From positions 1 through 56,760 of IMG/VR virus record IMGVR_UViG_3300044691_000555: 56,760 bases of DNA; one strand, written 5' to 3'. Position numbers and translations under genes: made by a program. A model generated the notes under the pieces. That model was not told the origin of the DNA and searched no databases. It saw only the letters and a list, made by a program, of their open reading frames with translations. This document shows positions 45,865 through 56,534 of the stretch, piece by piece. Within the stretch, counting starts at the first letter, position 1, and every line of letters begins with the position of its first letter. The DNA is from a virus (lineage: Duplodnaviria > Caudoviricetes).

Positions 45865-47853
45865 TCAGAGCCCCTGCGCCACGCTGTTGAAACAATTCAT
45901 GTCGTATTTGAGATTGCCGATCTGCCCGGCCGACAGGCCGGCGCCGACCGTCATGTAGGAGAACGTCTTGTTGGTGAACGCGGCGCCGAGGCCGCCCAGT
46001 TCTTCGGTGGCGCTGACGACGGCGATTGAGGCGCTGGCGCTGGTTACCAGTGAAGTCCCGTTGCGGTAGATGTTCGTTGTCGTGGCGGCGGTGCGGGTGA
46101 ACGCCCAATCGCCGGTCGAGTCGGTGACGGTCGCGGCAGTCGCCTGGTTACCGGCGCAATTGGCGCGGCCCTGTGCCACGTTCGCGTTGTTGCGGCTGGT
46201 GAAGAACGTGCCGGCGGCGCTCCACAGCGCATAGTCCGCAGCGCCGTTGCTGATCGCCTCGTTGGTGGCGATGCCCAGCGCCGCATGCAGCGAATTTTGC
46301 GTCAGCAGACCGTCCGCGGCAGTCGTCGGATTGTAGGTCGAGGTGAGCTTGCCGGTGCCAAGCGTGCTAAATCCTGTCTTCGCCGCCCAGCCGACCGTGC
46401 CGCTTTCGCTCTGATGGTCGCCGTCGCGCTTGATGTTGCGCCTGGCGACGCCGCGGTCGTAGCCGTTGTAGAGGTGGATTTTGGACGCTTGCGACCACCA
46501 GCCGTTCTGCTTCGCCATGAAGATCAGGCTGTTGTAATCGTCCAGCCACGTCGCGATCGGTGCCGGATTGCCCGCCGCGGTCGATGCGCTGAAGAACGCG
46601 GTGGTTTCGGCCTCGGCGAGATAGACGCCGCCCAGCGCCGGTCGCGCCTGGTTGGCGATCCAATTATGGGCGTAGCTGTTCGGGTGGGTGCCGTCCGCCG
46701 TCATGACGTAGGGCGCGCGCCACTTGCAATTGTCGATTACCGGCACCGCGAAGGCGCCGTAGTCGACGACGAAGCCGCCATTGAGATACGCGGGGATCGC
46801 CCGCACCGCAGGATTGAACGTCGGCACCTGGGCGAGCTGCGTTGCGTTGGCGGTCTGGTTCCCCGCCGTCTTGAAGCCGTCCGAGGAGGTCGAGTTTCCT
46901 CCGACCGTCCCCTGGTATTTCGTCACGCCGGTATTCGAGAACATCCCCATGATGGTCCCGCAATCGGTCGAGCATTGCGCGGCGGTGCGGTTGTAGCGCG
47001 CATTGAAATCGTTGGTGCCGAGAAAGGCGCCGACATGGCTATATCCGAGGGCGCCGATCAGCGTCGTCAGCTTGCTGCCGCCGGCCGCGATATCCTTGGC
47101 GCTGATCGACTGGCGGCCGATCCGGGTATAGGCGCAGACCGGATCGAGCGCGCGCGCCATCCAGCCGTTGCCGCCGTTCGGGCCTGTCGAGAGCGTGTCG
47201 CCCTGGCCGATCGCCGTGATGCTGTCGCCGACAATGGCGTGAGCCCGCGCGCCGGCTTTCGCCACGGTGCCCATGATCGCCGCAGGCCCGAATCTGTCCG
47301 CGCCCGACGCGCTGACCGGGACCGTGCCGCTGTTGCCGAAGCTGCCGGCCTGCGATCCCTCGAAGAGGCCGAGGACGCTCGGCGCCGCGGGAATCGCGTG
47401 CAGGGGCACAACGCCGGCGCCGGTGACCGCGGTGATCACCGTGCGGACGCCGAACGCCGCGCCCTTCAAAATGGTGGGGCCGATCGACGCGGTGCTCTTG
47501 AGCTGGCCGCCGTCCGCGACGACCGCGCCGGACTGGACCTGCGTGAAGACGCCCGAGTTGATCGGGTACTCGACGAACCGGTCGAACGTGTAGGTCCCGC
47601 CGATGTTGGTGGGCACGATGATCGTGCCGTTGTCGAACCAGTACCAGCCGAGGTCGATGAACTGCAGGCTCGAAATGTCGCCTTCCGGCGAGGCGCAGTG
47701 CTGGCTGTAATACGTGAAAGGTACGGTGATCGCGGCCGAGACGCTGCCCGGCGTGACGGTGCGGTTGGCGGCAACGATGTTGTTGGTGATTTTCGGGCCA
47801 CTCGCTCCCCCAAGGGAAGCGCCGGCCTGAAGACCCAGCCCGAGACCGATCAT
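45865..47853 (-). CDS. Head-spike fibre with SGNH hydrolase domain
   Basis: N-terminal 'MIGLGLGL'; SGNH blocks 'VGDSIT', 'GTND', 'DGTHP'. Confidence 0.75.
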   Translation of the reverse strand: MIGLGLGLQAGASLGGASGPKITNNIVAANRTVTPGSVSAAITVPFTYYSQHCASPEGDISSLQFIDLGWYWFDNGTIIVPTNIGGTYTFDRFVEYPINSGVFTQVQSGAVVADGGQLKSTASIGPTILKGAAFGVRTVITAVTGAGVVPLHAIPAAPSVLGLFEGSQAGSFGNSGTVPVSASGADRFGPAAIMGTVAKAGARAHAIVGDSITAIGQGDTLSTGPNGGNGWMARALDPVCAYTRIGRQSISAKDIAAGGSKLTTLIGALGYSHVGAFLGTNDFNARYNRTAAQCSTDCGTIMGMFSNTGVTKYQGTVGGNSTSSDGFKTAGNQTANATQLAQVPTFNPAVRAIPAYLNGGFVVDYGAFAVPVIDNCKWRAPYVMTADGTHPNSYAHNWIANQARPALGGVYLAEAETTAFFSASTAAGNPAPIATWLDDYNSLIFMAKQNGWWSQASKIHLYNGYDRGVARRNIKRDGDHQSESGTVGWAAKTGFSTLGTGKLTSTYNPTTAADGLLTQNSLHAALGIATNEAISNGAADYALWSAAGTFFTSRNNANVAQGRANCAGNQATAATVTDSTGDWAFTRTAATTTNIYRNGTSLVTSASASIAVVSATEELGGLGAAFTNKTFSYMTVGAGLSAGQIGNLKYDMNCFNSVAQGL

Positions 47854-48122
47854 CAGGTCAGCGCGCCCATGTTGGTCGCGGTGGTGCCGGTCCTGTAGAC
47901 CTTCTTCACCTGCAGCGAATGTTCGACGCCGGCGGCGAGACTCTTGTAGGTGAAGGTGGTGCCGTCGGCCATGTCGACCTTGACGTCGCCGGAAACCCCG
48001 ACATAGAAGCCGCGCGACGCGCTGACCAGCACGTGATCGGTCACGGAAATGTCGATCGTGATCACGCCCTGCGCCGACGACAGGGCCGCGATCGAGTTCT
48101 CTACACCGGCGCTCATGGGCAT
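47853..48122 (-). CDS. Head-spike base protein (RcGTA Rcc01079-like)
   Basis: 'RGFYVGVSGDVKV...VKKVYRTGTTATN'. Confidence 0.8.
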   Translation of the reverse strand: MPMSAGVENSIAALSSAQGVITIDISVTDHVLVSASRGFYVGVSGDVKVDMADGTTFTYKSLAAGVEHSLQVKKVYRTGTTATNMGALT

Positions 48123-48136
48123 CGATCTCCGTTGGT

Positions 48137-48538
48137 TCAGGCGCGCTTGCGCGCGGTCAGATGCAGCACGGTCCGCCGCACCCCATCGGGCAGCGGCCTT
48201 GCGACTTCAAACAGCTCGCCGGTCTTCAGCCGCAGGACGCGATCACCGGTCGTGACCGGCCATCGCAACAGCGTGTTGTCGAACGACACCAGCGGCTGCG
48301 ACGCCACCAGCTTTTGCGCGTGATCGTCGGCGATCGCGCCGCGGGCATGCGGAAACACGGCCTGCGACGGCGCCACATAGGCGCCGATCGCGGTGAACGC
48401 CGGCCGCGCCGGATCCGGAATCCGCAAGGCATCGACGTCCAGATTGGGCTTCATCGCGATCAGCTGAAAGCTCTCGCCGTAGACCCGGTCCACGGCGGCC
48501 GACGTCAGGGAAGCTGCGGTTTCGAACGGCGTCGGCAT
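48137..48538 (-). CDS. Head-tail joining protein
   Basis: After capsid; 'GDRV......FEV..P.PDG'. Confidence 0.6.
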   Translation of the reverse strand: MPTPFETAASLTSAAVDRVYGESFQLIAMKPNLDVDALRIPDPARPAFTAIGAYVAPSQAVFPHARGAIADDHAQKLVASQPLVSFDNTLLRWPVTTGDRVLRLKTGELFEVARPLPDGVRRTVLHLTARKRA

Positions 48539-48622
48539 GATCGAGGCTCGCCCCTTCCAGGTCCGCGCTGGCGCCAAATTGGCGCCAGTCGCGCTGTCGA
48601 CATCGCCAAGGCGATGCGACGA

Positions 48623-49663
48623 TCAGTTCGAGGTGCGAACTTCGACCAGCGTTTCCGGCCTTTTGCACAGCGCAAGCGGATTCGACTGCGACTTCAGTTC
48701 AACGCCCTCGCCGTGATCGAGGATCTTCGGAGAAATCCAGAGTTCCTGTCCGGGCTGGTTGACGACGCGGATATCGTCCGCCGGCGCGAACCATGTCTCG
48801 AACGTGTTCATGGTGCCGGCCGGATAGGCGTAGCCATAGTCGACCGGCACGAAGGCGGTCGAAACCGGCGGCTTGCCGACCGGGGCGACGCCGTAATATT
48901 CCCGGAACAGGATCTGCTGGAATTCGAACACCCGGCCAAGCTGGCCGCCCATCGGATCGAATTTGGCGCGCGCCAATTCGCTCGCCGCCTGCCAGTTGAT
49001 CCAGAACTTCTCGACCTTGGGATGCTGCACGAACTTGTTGAACCACGAGGTCGAGACCAGAACCTCGGGGCGGGTCATCACTTCGCCCTTCAAATTCGTG
49101 GCGATCGATTGCCGCAGCTGGGTGCACTTGTCGATGATATCGGTGCCGGCCGTGCCGAGGAGGAAATCGATGGTGTTCTTGGTGATGCCGAAGAACGCGT
49201 AGAGATCGAGCAGGGTATCGCCGTTGCCGTCGGTGATCAGGCCCTTCAGCGCCCCCATGCGCACCCACTCCAGGGTGATGGCATGCTTGTTGCGGATCGA
49301 GAACAGCCGCTTGGCCAGTTCGTCTTCCATCGTGCGCGGCGTCTTCGACTGCGCGACGATGGTCAGCATGTTCTGCAGGTCCCGCGGCGTGATCAGGTCT
49401 TCCATCGGGAAATGCGGCACCTCGACCCAATAGGATTTGCGGGTGCCGCGATCGCCCGAGGTGCCAGGCGCGCCGCGCTCCTTGGCCGGTAGCACGCGGA
49501 TGGTGCCATCCTCGATCGTGATCTCGACGATGGTCGAGATCGAGCCCTGACCGGGAAACAGGCCGAGCGCGTTAAGCAGCCCGTAGTTGTTGGGAATCCG
49601 GTTGACAGCTGTCGAAAGCTGGATCGCGGTAAACGGAAAATTGACGACGTCGAGTTCGGACAT
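48623..49663 (-). CDS. Major capsid protein (lambda gpE family)
   Basis: 'TLEWVRMGALKG', 'SQSNPLALCKRP'. Confidence 0.9.
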   Translation of the reverse strand: MSELDVVNFPFTAIQLSTAVNRIPNNYGLLNALGLFPGQGSISTIVEITIEDGTIRVLPAKERGAPGTSGDRGTRKSYWVEVPHFPMEDLITPRDLQNMLTIVAQSKTPRTMEDELAKRLFSIRNKHAITLEWVRMGALKGLITDGNGDTLLDLYAFFGITKNTIDFLLGTAGTDIIDKCTQLRQSIATNLKGEVMTRPEVLVSTSWFNKFVQHPKVEKFWINWQAASELARAKFDPMGGQLGRVFEFQQILFREYYGVAPVGKPPVSTAFVPVDYGYAYPAGTMNTFETWFAPADDIRVVNQPGQELWISPKILDHGEGVELKSQSNPLALCKRPETLVEVRTSN

Positions 49664-49776
49664 GGCCGATGGTTCCTTGCGATGAAGGCCCGGCCGGCGA
49701 TGCCGGGAGCCTGTTGCGGGAGAGAGATGAAGATTTCTTGCCTCCCCCGTTTGTCCGGGGAAGGGTCAGTCGGGGA

Positions 49777-50463
49777 TCAGCTCGGACGCTGCACGATCAT
49801 GGTGGTCAGGGCCTGCGCCAGCGCGGCGGCCTTCTGAGGGTCGGTCGCGCCGGCCGGCCAGATCAGGTAATTCGGATCGATGCAGGCGAGCCGCCGCAAC
49901 GTCAGGATGGTCTGGTCGGCGCCGCCGTTGGTGGCGATCTTCTTGGCCAGGGCAATGGCGTAGAAATTCTGGCTGCCATCGGTCGCCGCAAAATTGATCG
50001 GGACAACTTTCGTGGTCGCGACCGCGGCCGCCGTCACCGTCACGTCAGCCGCATCGCCGACGGCGGCAGGGGTGCCGCCGGCCGTGATGGTGAACTTCAG
50101 CTGGTTGGTGAAGGCGACGCCCGTGGTGCCTTCGCCGAGTTCGATGCCATCGGGATCCTCGACCCGGAACCTGGTCGCCGCGATAAAGGTGATGGCATAG
50201 ACGCCGAGCTTCGAGCCCGGCGCCACCTTCGGGTTGGCGAAGGCATTGGTGAAGTTCCCAGTATTAGCGGCGCGCGCGGCATAAGCGGCATCGAGCGCAC
50301 CGACAGAGATCGCGCCGAGCACGGTGCCGACGTCGGCAACGTTGTCGGAGCCGGAGCCGGCGGCGAGGGTTTCCTGCGCCTTCGAAATGAAGTCATCGAC
50401 GGCGTATTTCAGCACGTCGCTTTCGATGCGCGGCTGGCTGAGAGAGAGGGTCTTGAGGGTCAT
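49777..50463 (-). CDS. Head decoration protein (gpD-like, with insertion)
   Basis: 'GTVLG', 'ATDGSQ', 'LIWPAG'; precedes capsid. Confidence 0.75.
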   Translation of the reverse strand: MTLKTLSLSQPRIESDVLKYAVDDFISKAQETLAAGSGSDNVADVGTVLGAISVGALDAAYAARAANTGNFTNAFANPKVAPGSKLGVYAITFIAATRFRVEDPDGIELGEGTTGVAFTNQLKFTITAGGTPAAVGDAADVTVTAAAVATTKVVPINFAATDGSQNFYAIALAKKIATNGGADQTILTLRRLACIDPNYLIWPAGATDPQKAAALAQALTTMIVQRPS

Positions 50464-50525
50464 GGTCGAGAATCCTGTTTCTGGAGTGAAGGGCTAAGGA
50501 TGGACTGGGCCCGCCGTTGGCGCGC

Positions 50526-50990
50526 TCAGACGATGCGCTTGGCCTGGGCGGCCACAAGACGGTCGACAGCGGCGGAGAGACCTTCGCCGGCTGCCGGCGG
50601 TTCGACCTCGCTGCCTACCTTCGGGTCCGGCACGTTGCCGTCGAGACGCGACGTCTTCGGCTCGGCACCCTTCGGCGCCTTGCCGAGCATCGCGACCGCA
50701 GCGTCCGCGCTCATCTCGGTTTCGAACGCGAGATGGCGCGCCAGGTCCTCGCGGCCTTTGGCGTCGGAATGATCGAGGATCGCCTTGGTGCGAGTGTTCG
50801 CAGTCTTGACCGCATCTGCAGTCAGCTTGGCGGCGTCGTTGCCGGCTTCGATCACGCCCAGTTTCTTACCTTCGTCCAGCGCCGCAGTGATGGCGCTGTT
50901 GAAAGCATCGCGAGGAACCGCATCCTTCGAATCGGCACTCAATCCAACAGCCGCGAGTACGGCTGCAATTCCGGACAATTTCCCGGTCAT
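50526..50990 (-). CDS. Scaffold-like protein
   Basis: 'AKGREDLARHLAFETEMSAD.A..ML'; follows protease. Confidence 0.6.
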   Translation of the reverse strand: MTGKLSGIAAVLAAVGLSADSKDAVPRDAFNSAITAALDEGKKLGVIEAGNDAAKLTADAVKTANTRTKAILDHSDAKGREDLARHLAFETEMSADAAVAMLGKAPKGAEPKTSRLDGNVPDPKVGSEVEPPAAGEGLSAAVDRLVAAQAKRIV

Positions 50991-51050
50991 CGCATTCTCC
51001 TTTGGGATAATGGGCGGCGCATTGCGAAGCCCGGTTGGGTGGAAGGGTCG

Positions 51051-51974
51051 CTAGCGGATCAGTGAAACGAACTGTGCGAAGGCCTCCGTCGGCCGCGCGA
51101 CTTCATCGGCGAGACCGGCCCTGACCGCATCCTCGCCGGTAAAGGCATCGGCTTCGGTCGCCAGCGCCGCAGCCTTCGAGAACCGCGGACCGCGAAACTC
51201 GCCGACCGCGGCGGCAAAATGGTCGCGCATCTTGTCGATGCGCGCCTGCATCTTGGCGCGGACATCTTCCGGCAGCGGCCCGAAAGAATGCCCGTCGCCC
51301 TTGTGCTTGCCGCTGGAGACGATCGTCACCTTGGTACCGGCCTTCTCCAGCCGCGCCGAATGGTCGAGATGCATGGTGATGACGCCGATCGAGCCCGCCG
51401 CGCCCATGCTCGGAATGATGATCTGCCGCGCCGTCGACGCCAGTAAATAGGCCGCCGAGAACGCAAAATCGTTGAGGATCGCGATCGTCGGCTTTTCCTT
51501 CGACAATTCCGCCATCATCTGCGCGGTGTCGAATACGCCGGCGCCCTCGCCGCCAAACGAATCCGTCTCATAGACGACGCCACGCACCGTGTTGTCGCGC
51601 CGGATCGCCTGAATCTTGGTCTGCAGGCCCTGGTACGACATCTCGCCGGACGATTGCCCGAGGAACGCGCCCTTGTGGATCAACGTGCCCTCGATCGGCA
51701 CCAGCGCGACCGGACCGATCCGGTCGAAGATGCGCCCGCCTTCGCCAGCGCGCTCATAGGCGCGGCCGAGCCGATCGCCGAGCGTGCCCATGCTCTCGGA
51801 CGGACGGCCCCCGGCAAACGCCACATGATCGACCGGCATGGCGCCGTCAAAATGAATGCCACCCTCGACCACCCGGCCACCAAGGCCGGTCAGGATCGCG
51901 ACGGCCTTGCCGGCGTCGATCAACAGCGGCGTGTTGAACATGCGCGCGGCGATATGCGGCATCAGCAGCGTCAT
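51051..51974 (-). CDS. S49 prohead protease (gpC-like)
   Basis: 'DSFGG', 'SAAYLLAS', 'GSIGV'. Confidence 0.9.
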   Translation of the reverse strand: MTLLMPHIAARMFNTPLLIDAGKAVAILTGLGGRVVEGGIHFDGAMPVDHVAFAGGRPSESMGTLGDRLGRAYERAGEGGRIFDRIGPVALVPIEGTLIHKGAFLGQSSGEMSYQGLQTKIQAIRRDNTVRGVVYETDSFGGEGAGVFDTAQMMAELSKEKPTIAILNDFAFSAAYLLASTARQIIIPSMGAAGSIGVITMHLDHSARLEKAGTKVTIVSSGKHKGDGHSFGPLPEDVRAKMQARIDKMRDHFAAAVGEFRGPRFSKAAALATEADAFTGEDAVRAGLADEVARPTEAFAQFVSLIR

Positions 51975-53617
51975 TTGTTCGGCCTCGATTTGTCGTTCTG
52001 CGAAGGCGACTCCGGCGCGGCATCGTTGCCGGCGTCAGACGGATCCGGCAGCAGCCCGGAACCCGCCGACAGCACGCGGGTGATGCCCCGCTCTTTCAGC
52101 ATCTCTTCTTCGTCGGCGACCTGGTCGAGCGTATCGGTCAGGTCGCGGCCGAGATCCGCGTTCTCGTCTTCCAGTGTCGAAATCATTGAGCCCATTCGCA
52201 GGCTGGCTCCCTGCGCTTCCTTCACGGGATCGACATAGCCGCGGCCGGGACCGATCCAGCGCGCCCGCAAATAGGCGCCGGGACGATCCCAGAAGTCCGG
52301 CGCACCCGGCGGCGGCTTGATGTAACCGCGGTCGAAGGCCTCCTCGAGCTGCGCATAATGGATCGGCAGCACCACCTGGTCGACAAAGGCGGCGAGCAGC
52401 ATCTGGGTGTGACGCCAGACTTCGTTGAGCGCAGCGCGGGCCGACGAATAATTGACCTTCGACCAGTCCATCGAGAGCTGCTCGTAGGAGATGCCCAGTG
52501 CTGCCGCGATTGACTGCAGGAATGCGGCCTGAAAATCCGGAAACGCGGTGGTCTGCCGCGGCGAGGAATTGATCTGGATCTCGTCGCCGATCGGCATCAC
52601 CGGGATACGCACGCCGCCGAGATGCGGCGGAAACTTCTCCCAATGCCCGAGCCGCTTGTCTTCCAGCGTCAGGACGCTTTGCGGCGTGAACGCCGCGGTC
52701 GCCTCGCCGATCGGCAGCGACGACTTGACGAACGCCGCAAACAGCGCGTTGACGGTCGCCGAGGCCAGCTCGGTATCCGAGAACTTGCCTATCATCCTTA
52801 AGCGCTTGATCAGCGCCGCAAACGGCGTCATCGCCCGCGCCTGGTCTTCGCGATCGGGCTCGAACCCGTGAATGAAAACCGGCCGGCCGCTCGGCGTGCA
52901 GCGCGGAATCCGGGTCCAGGTCATCGGCTGCGGCACGATGTACCAGTCGGCCGGGTGGCCGTTGCGGACGTGATAGGCCATCGGCACGCCGTCGTCGTCG
53001 AACTCGACGCCGCCGCGCAGCTTCTGCGACACCGGCTGGCCGTACGGATTGGAGAGCCGGTCCGGATCAATGGCGCGCACGCAAGTGGAGTAGCGGCCAC
53101 CCGATTTCCATTTCAGGAAGGCGGTTGCCTCGTTCATGGTAACGAAAGTCCGCGCCAACAGCCGGAACATGCCGTTGCCAGTCAGGCGGCGTTGCGCATC
53201 GAAGCGCTTGCAGGGCTCGTTGGCGAACTCGTACCACTCGCCTTCGATGTCGGCCGCGAGTTCGCGGATGATCTCGCGGTGTTTCTTGTTCTTGCGATCG
53301 AGGCCGAGCGCGCGCGCATTGGGCTTCGATGACAGGATCAGTTTGGCACCGACCAGCATCTCGACCAGGCGTGACACGCCGCTTTGCGCAGTCGGATCGT
53401 TGCGAACAATGTCGCGGGTGCGCGCCACCGAGATGTCGCGGTTCGGCAGCACGGCGGAATCCGCCGACGTCGGCATCGGATTCCACGCCGCAAATTCCTG
53501 ATTGCGGAATCCGCCGGAGCGATACGCCGGCTCCGGCACGCCTTGACCGGAGCGGATCATGGCGATGCGCTCTGGCGACACGCGATCACCGCTATCGTCG
53601 TAAATGGCGAGTGACAT
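51971..53617 (-). CDS. Portal protein (lambda family)
   Basis: 'GVEFD..G.P.AY', 'DWSKVNYSSAR', 'VDPVKE'. Confidence 0.93.
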   Translation of the reverse strand: MSLAIYDDSGDRVSPERIAMIRSGQGVPEPAYRSGGFRNQEFAAWNPMPTSADSAVLPNRDISVARTRDIVRNDPTAQSGVSRLVEMLVGAKLILSSKPNARALGLDRKNKKHREIIRELAADIEGEWYEFANEPCKRFDAQRRLTGNGMFRLLARTFVTMNEATAFLKWKSGGRYSTCVRAIDPDRLSNPYGQPVSQKLRGGVEFDDDGVPMAYHVRNGHPADWYIVPQPMTWTRIPRCTPSGRPVFIHGFEPDREDQARAMTPFAALIKRLRMIGKFSDTELASATVNALFAAFVKSSLPIGEATAAFTPQSVLTLEDKRLGHWEKFPPHLGGVRIPVMPIGDEIQINSSPRQTTAFPDFQAAFLQSIAAALGISYEQLSMDWSKVNYSSARAALNEVWRHTQMLLAAFVDQVVLPIHYAQLEEAFDRGYIKPPPGAPDFWDRPGAYLRARWIGPGRGYVDPVKEAQGASLRMGSMISTLEDENADLGRDLTDTLDQVADEEEMLKERGITRVLSAGSGLLPDPSDAGNDAAPESPSQNDKSRPNK

Positions 53618-53625
53618 TCAGATCC

Positions 53626-53829
53626 TCAAAACACAAAGCCGATCGCGCCGCGGCGCGGCAAGCCGGCGATCCTGGCCTCGAGCTCGGCGATATAGGCATC
53701 GAGCCGGTCGGCACTGGCGACCGTGAACTTGGTTCGCTGACCGCCGAAATCGCATTCGACGACGCCCTGCCCCATCATCAGCTCGTGACGGGCGAGGCGG
53801 GCGGCATCGAGCATTTCCTGATCGGTCAT
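53626..53829 (-). CDS. gpW-like head completion protein
   Basis: 67 aa 'ARHELMMG..VV...LDAYIAELE'; between terminase and portal. Confidence 0.8.
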   Translation of the reverse strand: MTDQEMLDAARLARHELMMGQGVVECDFGGQRTKFTVASADRLDAYIAELEARIAGLPRRGAIGFVF

Positions 53830-55847
53830 CAGATTCCCTTGTTCATTTCCGCGAGCCGCGCCCACGGATCGTTCGGCGGCGTTTCCGGCGCGATCTCGCC
53901 GGTCACCATGTCGGCGCCGCGCTGGAACGCGCGCGGCGTGAACAGATCGGCCTTGCGCAGATCTTCCGGAATGCCGCGCTCGGCGGCGAGCCGGGCCCAG
54001 TCGTCGGCGGTGAAGCTCGCGAAATACGCATCGAGCGAGGCCATGTTGTAGATCCGGCAATCGAGCCAGTGGTTGTCGGCGCCGGCGCGAACCGTCCACA
54101 CCTGGCGCTTCCGGCCGCGGTACTTTTCCTCGGCAAGAAACTCGGATGTGATCTGCTTGAAGTAGGCTTCGTCCTGGAACAGGCCGAAGTGGCAGTAGCC
54201 CATCGGGTAGACCAGGCTCGACCCCTCGGCTTTCGCGACCTGCCCGACATACTGGTAGAACGTGCTCTTCAACGGCCAAGTGCCGACGAAGCGGACGGTG
54301 GCGCCGCCCTTGATCACCTTGCCGCGGTAGTCGATGTCCTGCGGCGTCGCCGCCGAGAGCGGCGGCCGGCCCCATCCGTCGCGGCCGATGATCGCCTGCG
54401 TGCCTGGATGCATCCGGGTCCAGGTCTTGACCGCGCCGGTGTTGTAGTTGGCGTCGATCGAGAACGTGTCGGGGCGGCGCAGATTGTCGTAAGCGTCCGG
54501 CCAGGAGCGGTGGTAGAGCTTAGTCAACTCGACGAACGCGCCGCCGTCATGGTCGGTGGTGGCGCCGTCGATATAGCCGGCGTCGATCACCCAGCTTTCG
54601 CGGTTCGGCGCCACCGCCAGCGCCTCCCAGTAGATCCCGCGCTTCTGTACGTCGGCCGCGATCGCCACCAGCAGCGCGCCGGGCGGGACGTGGCCGCGGC
54701 GGTAATCCTCGCGGCGCTCGAACAGCCGCATATGGTCCGGCGCATCGCCGCGAAACCGGAACGCGAGACCCATTTTCAGGGTCGAGAAGTCCTTTTTCGC
54801 GGTCTCGCTCTTGCGCGAGCCCAACCAGTCTTCCGCGATCGCCTCATACGACATCATCAGCGAGATGAAGGCGTCGATGTGGAAGCCGGGTTGCCGGCTC
54901 AGTTCGTCGAGAACGCTCGCTATCCACTTTCCGGCGCGGACCGCATCGACACGCTCGGTTTCGGTGACGCCGTGACCGCAATCGCACCGATAGACCGACC
55001 GGTGCGGGTGTTTTTCGTCGATCAGGAAGTTGTCGAAGCGGTGGACGAAAAATTTTCGGCACTCGGGACAAAAACAATTCCAGAAACGCTGATCCGAACG
55101 CTCGAACTTCAGTGTGATCCGGCAATGGCCGTCGGTATCGCCGCTCGGATCGCCGGTGTCGACTTCCGGCGTCGAAATATTCAGAATCTTGAAGTTCTTG
55201 CGGCGCCGAAACGCCGTAAAGCGACCCTTGAACAGTGTATCGGGATCGCCGAACCCCGGGATGTTCTGCCACTTCGAGAATTCGTCGCGAATTCCCTTCT
55301 TGGCGGTCTTGCCGCTCATATCCATCACGGAATGAGCGTTCGCGAGCCACATCCGGCCGCCGGCAAACACCTTTTCGTTGGTGGTCGAGCCGGCCATGGT
55401 CCGCGCCTGCGGGTAGATGACTGGCGGTCTGTTGCCGCCGATGCCGTCGCGTCTGGTGTGCTTCTGCCAGGCATCGATCATCGGCTGCAGTTTGGCGTTG
55501 TTGATGTCCTTCAGGAACTCGATGCCAGGACATGCGTACAACGTATTCGCCGGCTCGCAGTCGGCGATGAACAATCCCCATGCCAAGGCGAGAATGGAAG
55601 CGCCCGACTGTTCCGATTTTCGGATTGTCACCTCGGTGCAGGGATGATCATCACCAAGGCACTCGGCAATTCCCGGCAGGTAGGGCGCGCCGGCGGCGTT
55701 CCAGAGCTGGCCGGCATTGTCGCCGTCGATCAGCCTGATGTTCTTCGGCAGCCAGTCGACGAAGCTGATCTCCTCCCGCGGCGATAGCGACGCGTCGAAG
55801 AGCTTCTCAACCCTGTCATACGCCGATTGTTCGAACTGGATCGTCAT
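53829..55847 (-). CDS. terL: Terminase large subunit (gpA family)
   Basis: 'KSEQSG', 'RDE', 'ISTP', 'CPEC', 'DVQ', 'NHWLDC'. Confidence 0.93.
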   Translation of the reverse strand: MTIQFEQSAYDRVEKLFDASLSPREEISFVDWLPKNIRLIDGDNAGQLWNAAGAPYLPGIAECLGDDHPCTEVTIRKSEQSGASILALAWGLFIADCEPANTLYACPGIEFLKDINNAKLQPMIDAWQKHTRRDGIGGNRPPVIYPQARTMAGSTTNEKVFAGGRMWLANAHSVMDMSGKTAKKGIRDEFSKWQNIPGFGDPDTLFKGRFTAFRRRKNFKILNISTPEVDTGDPSGDTDGHCRITLKFERSDQRFWNCFCPECRKFFVHRFDNFLIDEKHPHRSVYRCDCGHGVTETERVDAVRAGKWIASVLDELSRQPGFHIDAFISLMMSYEAIAEDWLGSRKSETAKKDFSTLKMGLAFRFRGDAPDHMRLFERREDYRRGHVPPGALLVAIAADVQKRGIYWEALAVAPNRESWVIDAGYIDGATTDHDGGAFVELTKLYHRSWPDAYDNLRRPDTFSIDANYNTGAVKTWTRMHPGTQAIIGRDGWGRPPLSAATPQDIDYRGKVIKGGATVRFVGTWPLKSTFYQYVGQVAKAEGSSLVYPMGYCHFGLFQDEAYFKQITSEFLAEEKYRGRKRQVWTVRAGADNHWLDCRIYNMASLDAYFASFTADDWARLAAERGIPEDLRKADLFTPRAFQRGADMVTGEIAPETPPNDPWARLAEMNKGI

Positions 55848-55883
55848 CTGACAGTCTTGCTGGAGGGCGAAAGCGCTCCGCGA

Positions 55884-56534
55884 TCACTCCGCAACGGGTT
55901 CGGCGAGCAGGTCTGCTTGCATCGGCACACCCGAGGCGGCAGAGGCGGCGCGGCCGCGAGCGGCGGCAGCCATATCTTTCATCGCGGCCACAATCGCGAT
56001 CCGCTGCGCCCTGGTGATACGCTTCAGGGCCGCGCGCATGCCGTTTTCGCCTTCCTTGATCGCGATAGCGGTCAATTCCGAATCGCGCGCCTGCAGGCCG
56101 TCGACGATATCGGCGATCCGGTTGGCGGCGTCTTCGGCCACCGCGTCGAAGTCGGCGACCGGAAGCAGATTGCCCCGCGCGCGTTCGAGCTCGATGAACT
56201 TCAGATCCGCCGAATAGGCCCGGTCGCGGGTCTGTTCGTCGCGGAGCCGGCCGTCCGCCGGCAACCTCGGCGCCGATGTCGCGGCGGCCGCGTCGGCGGC
56301 CCTGGTGGCGGCGCCCTGCTCTCTCGCCCCGTCGCCGACCTCGCCGATCGCGATGTCGTACTGGGCGACGTTGATCAGCTTCTGCTTGCCCTTGCCCGGC
56401 TTCGTCGTCAGCCGGCCATCCGCGACCAGGCGCGTGACCTTTTCCGAGATCGTCGACTTCCGAACACCCTTCCGCGTCGCCAAATCGGTGACCGAAAGCC
56501 AAAGCCCAACGTCAAGTTCGGTGTGTTCGGGCAT
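55884..56534 (-). CDS. terS: Terminase small subunit (Nu1-like)
   Basis: N-terminal HTH; coiled coil 'ELERARGNLLP'; precedes terL. Confidence 0.8.
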   Translation of the reverse strand: MPEHTELDVGLWLSVTDLATRKGVRKSTISEKVTRLVADGRLTTKPGKGKQKLINVAQYDIAIGEVGDGAREQGAATRAADAAAATSAPRLPADGRLRDEQTRDRAYSADLKFIELERARGNLLPVADFDAVAEDAANRIADIVDGLQARDSELTAIAIKEGENGMRAALKRITRAQRIAIVAAMKDMAAAARGRAASAASGVPMQADLLAEPVAE

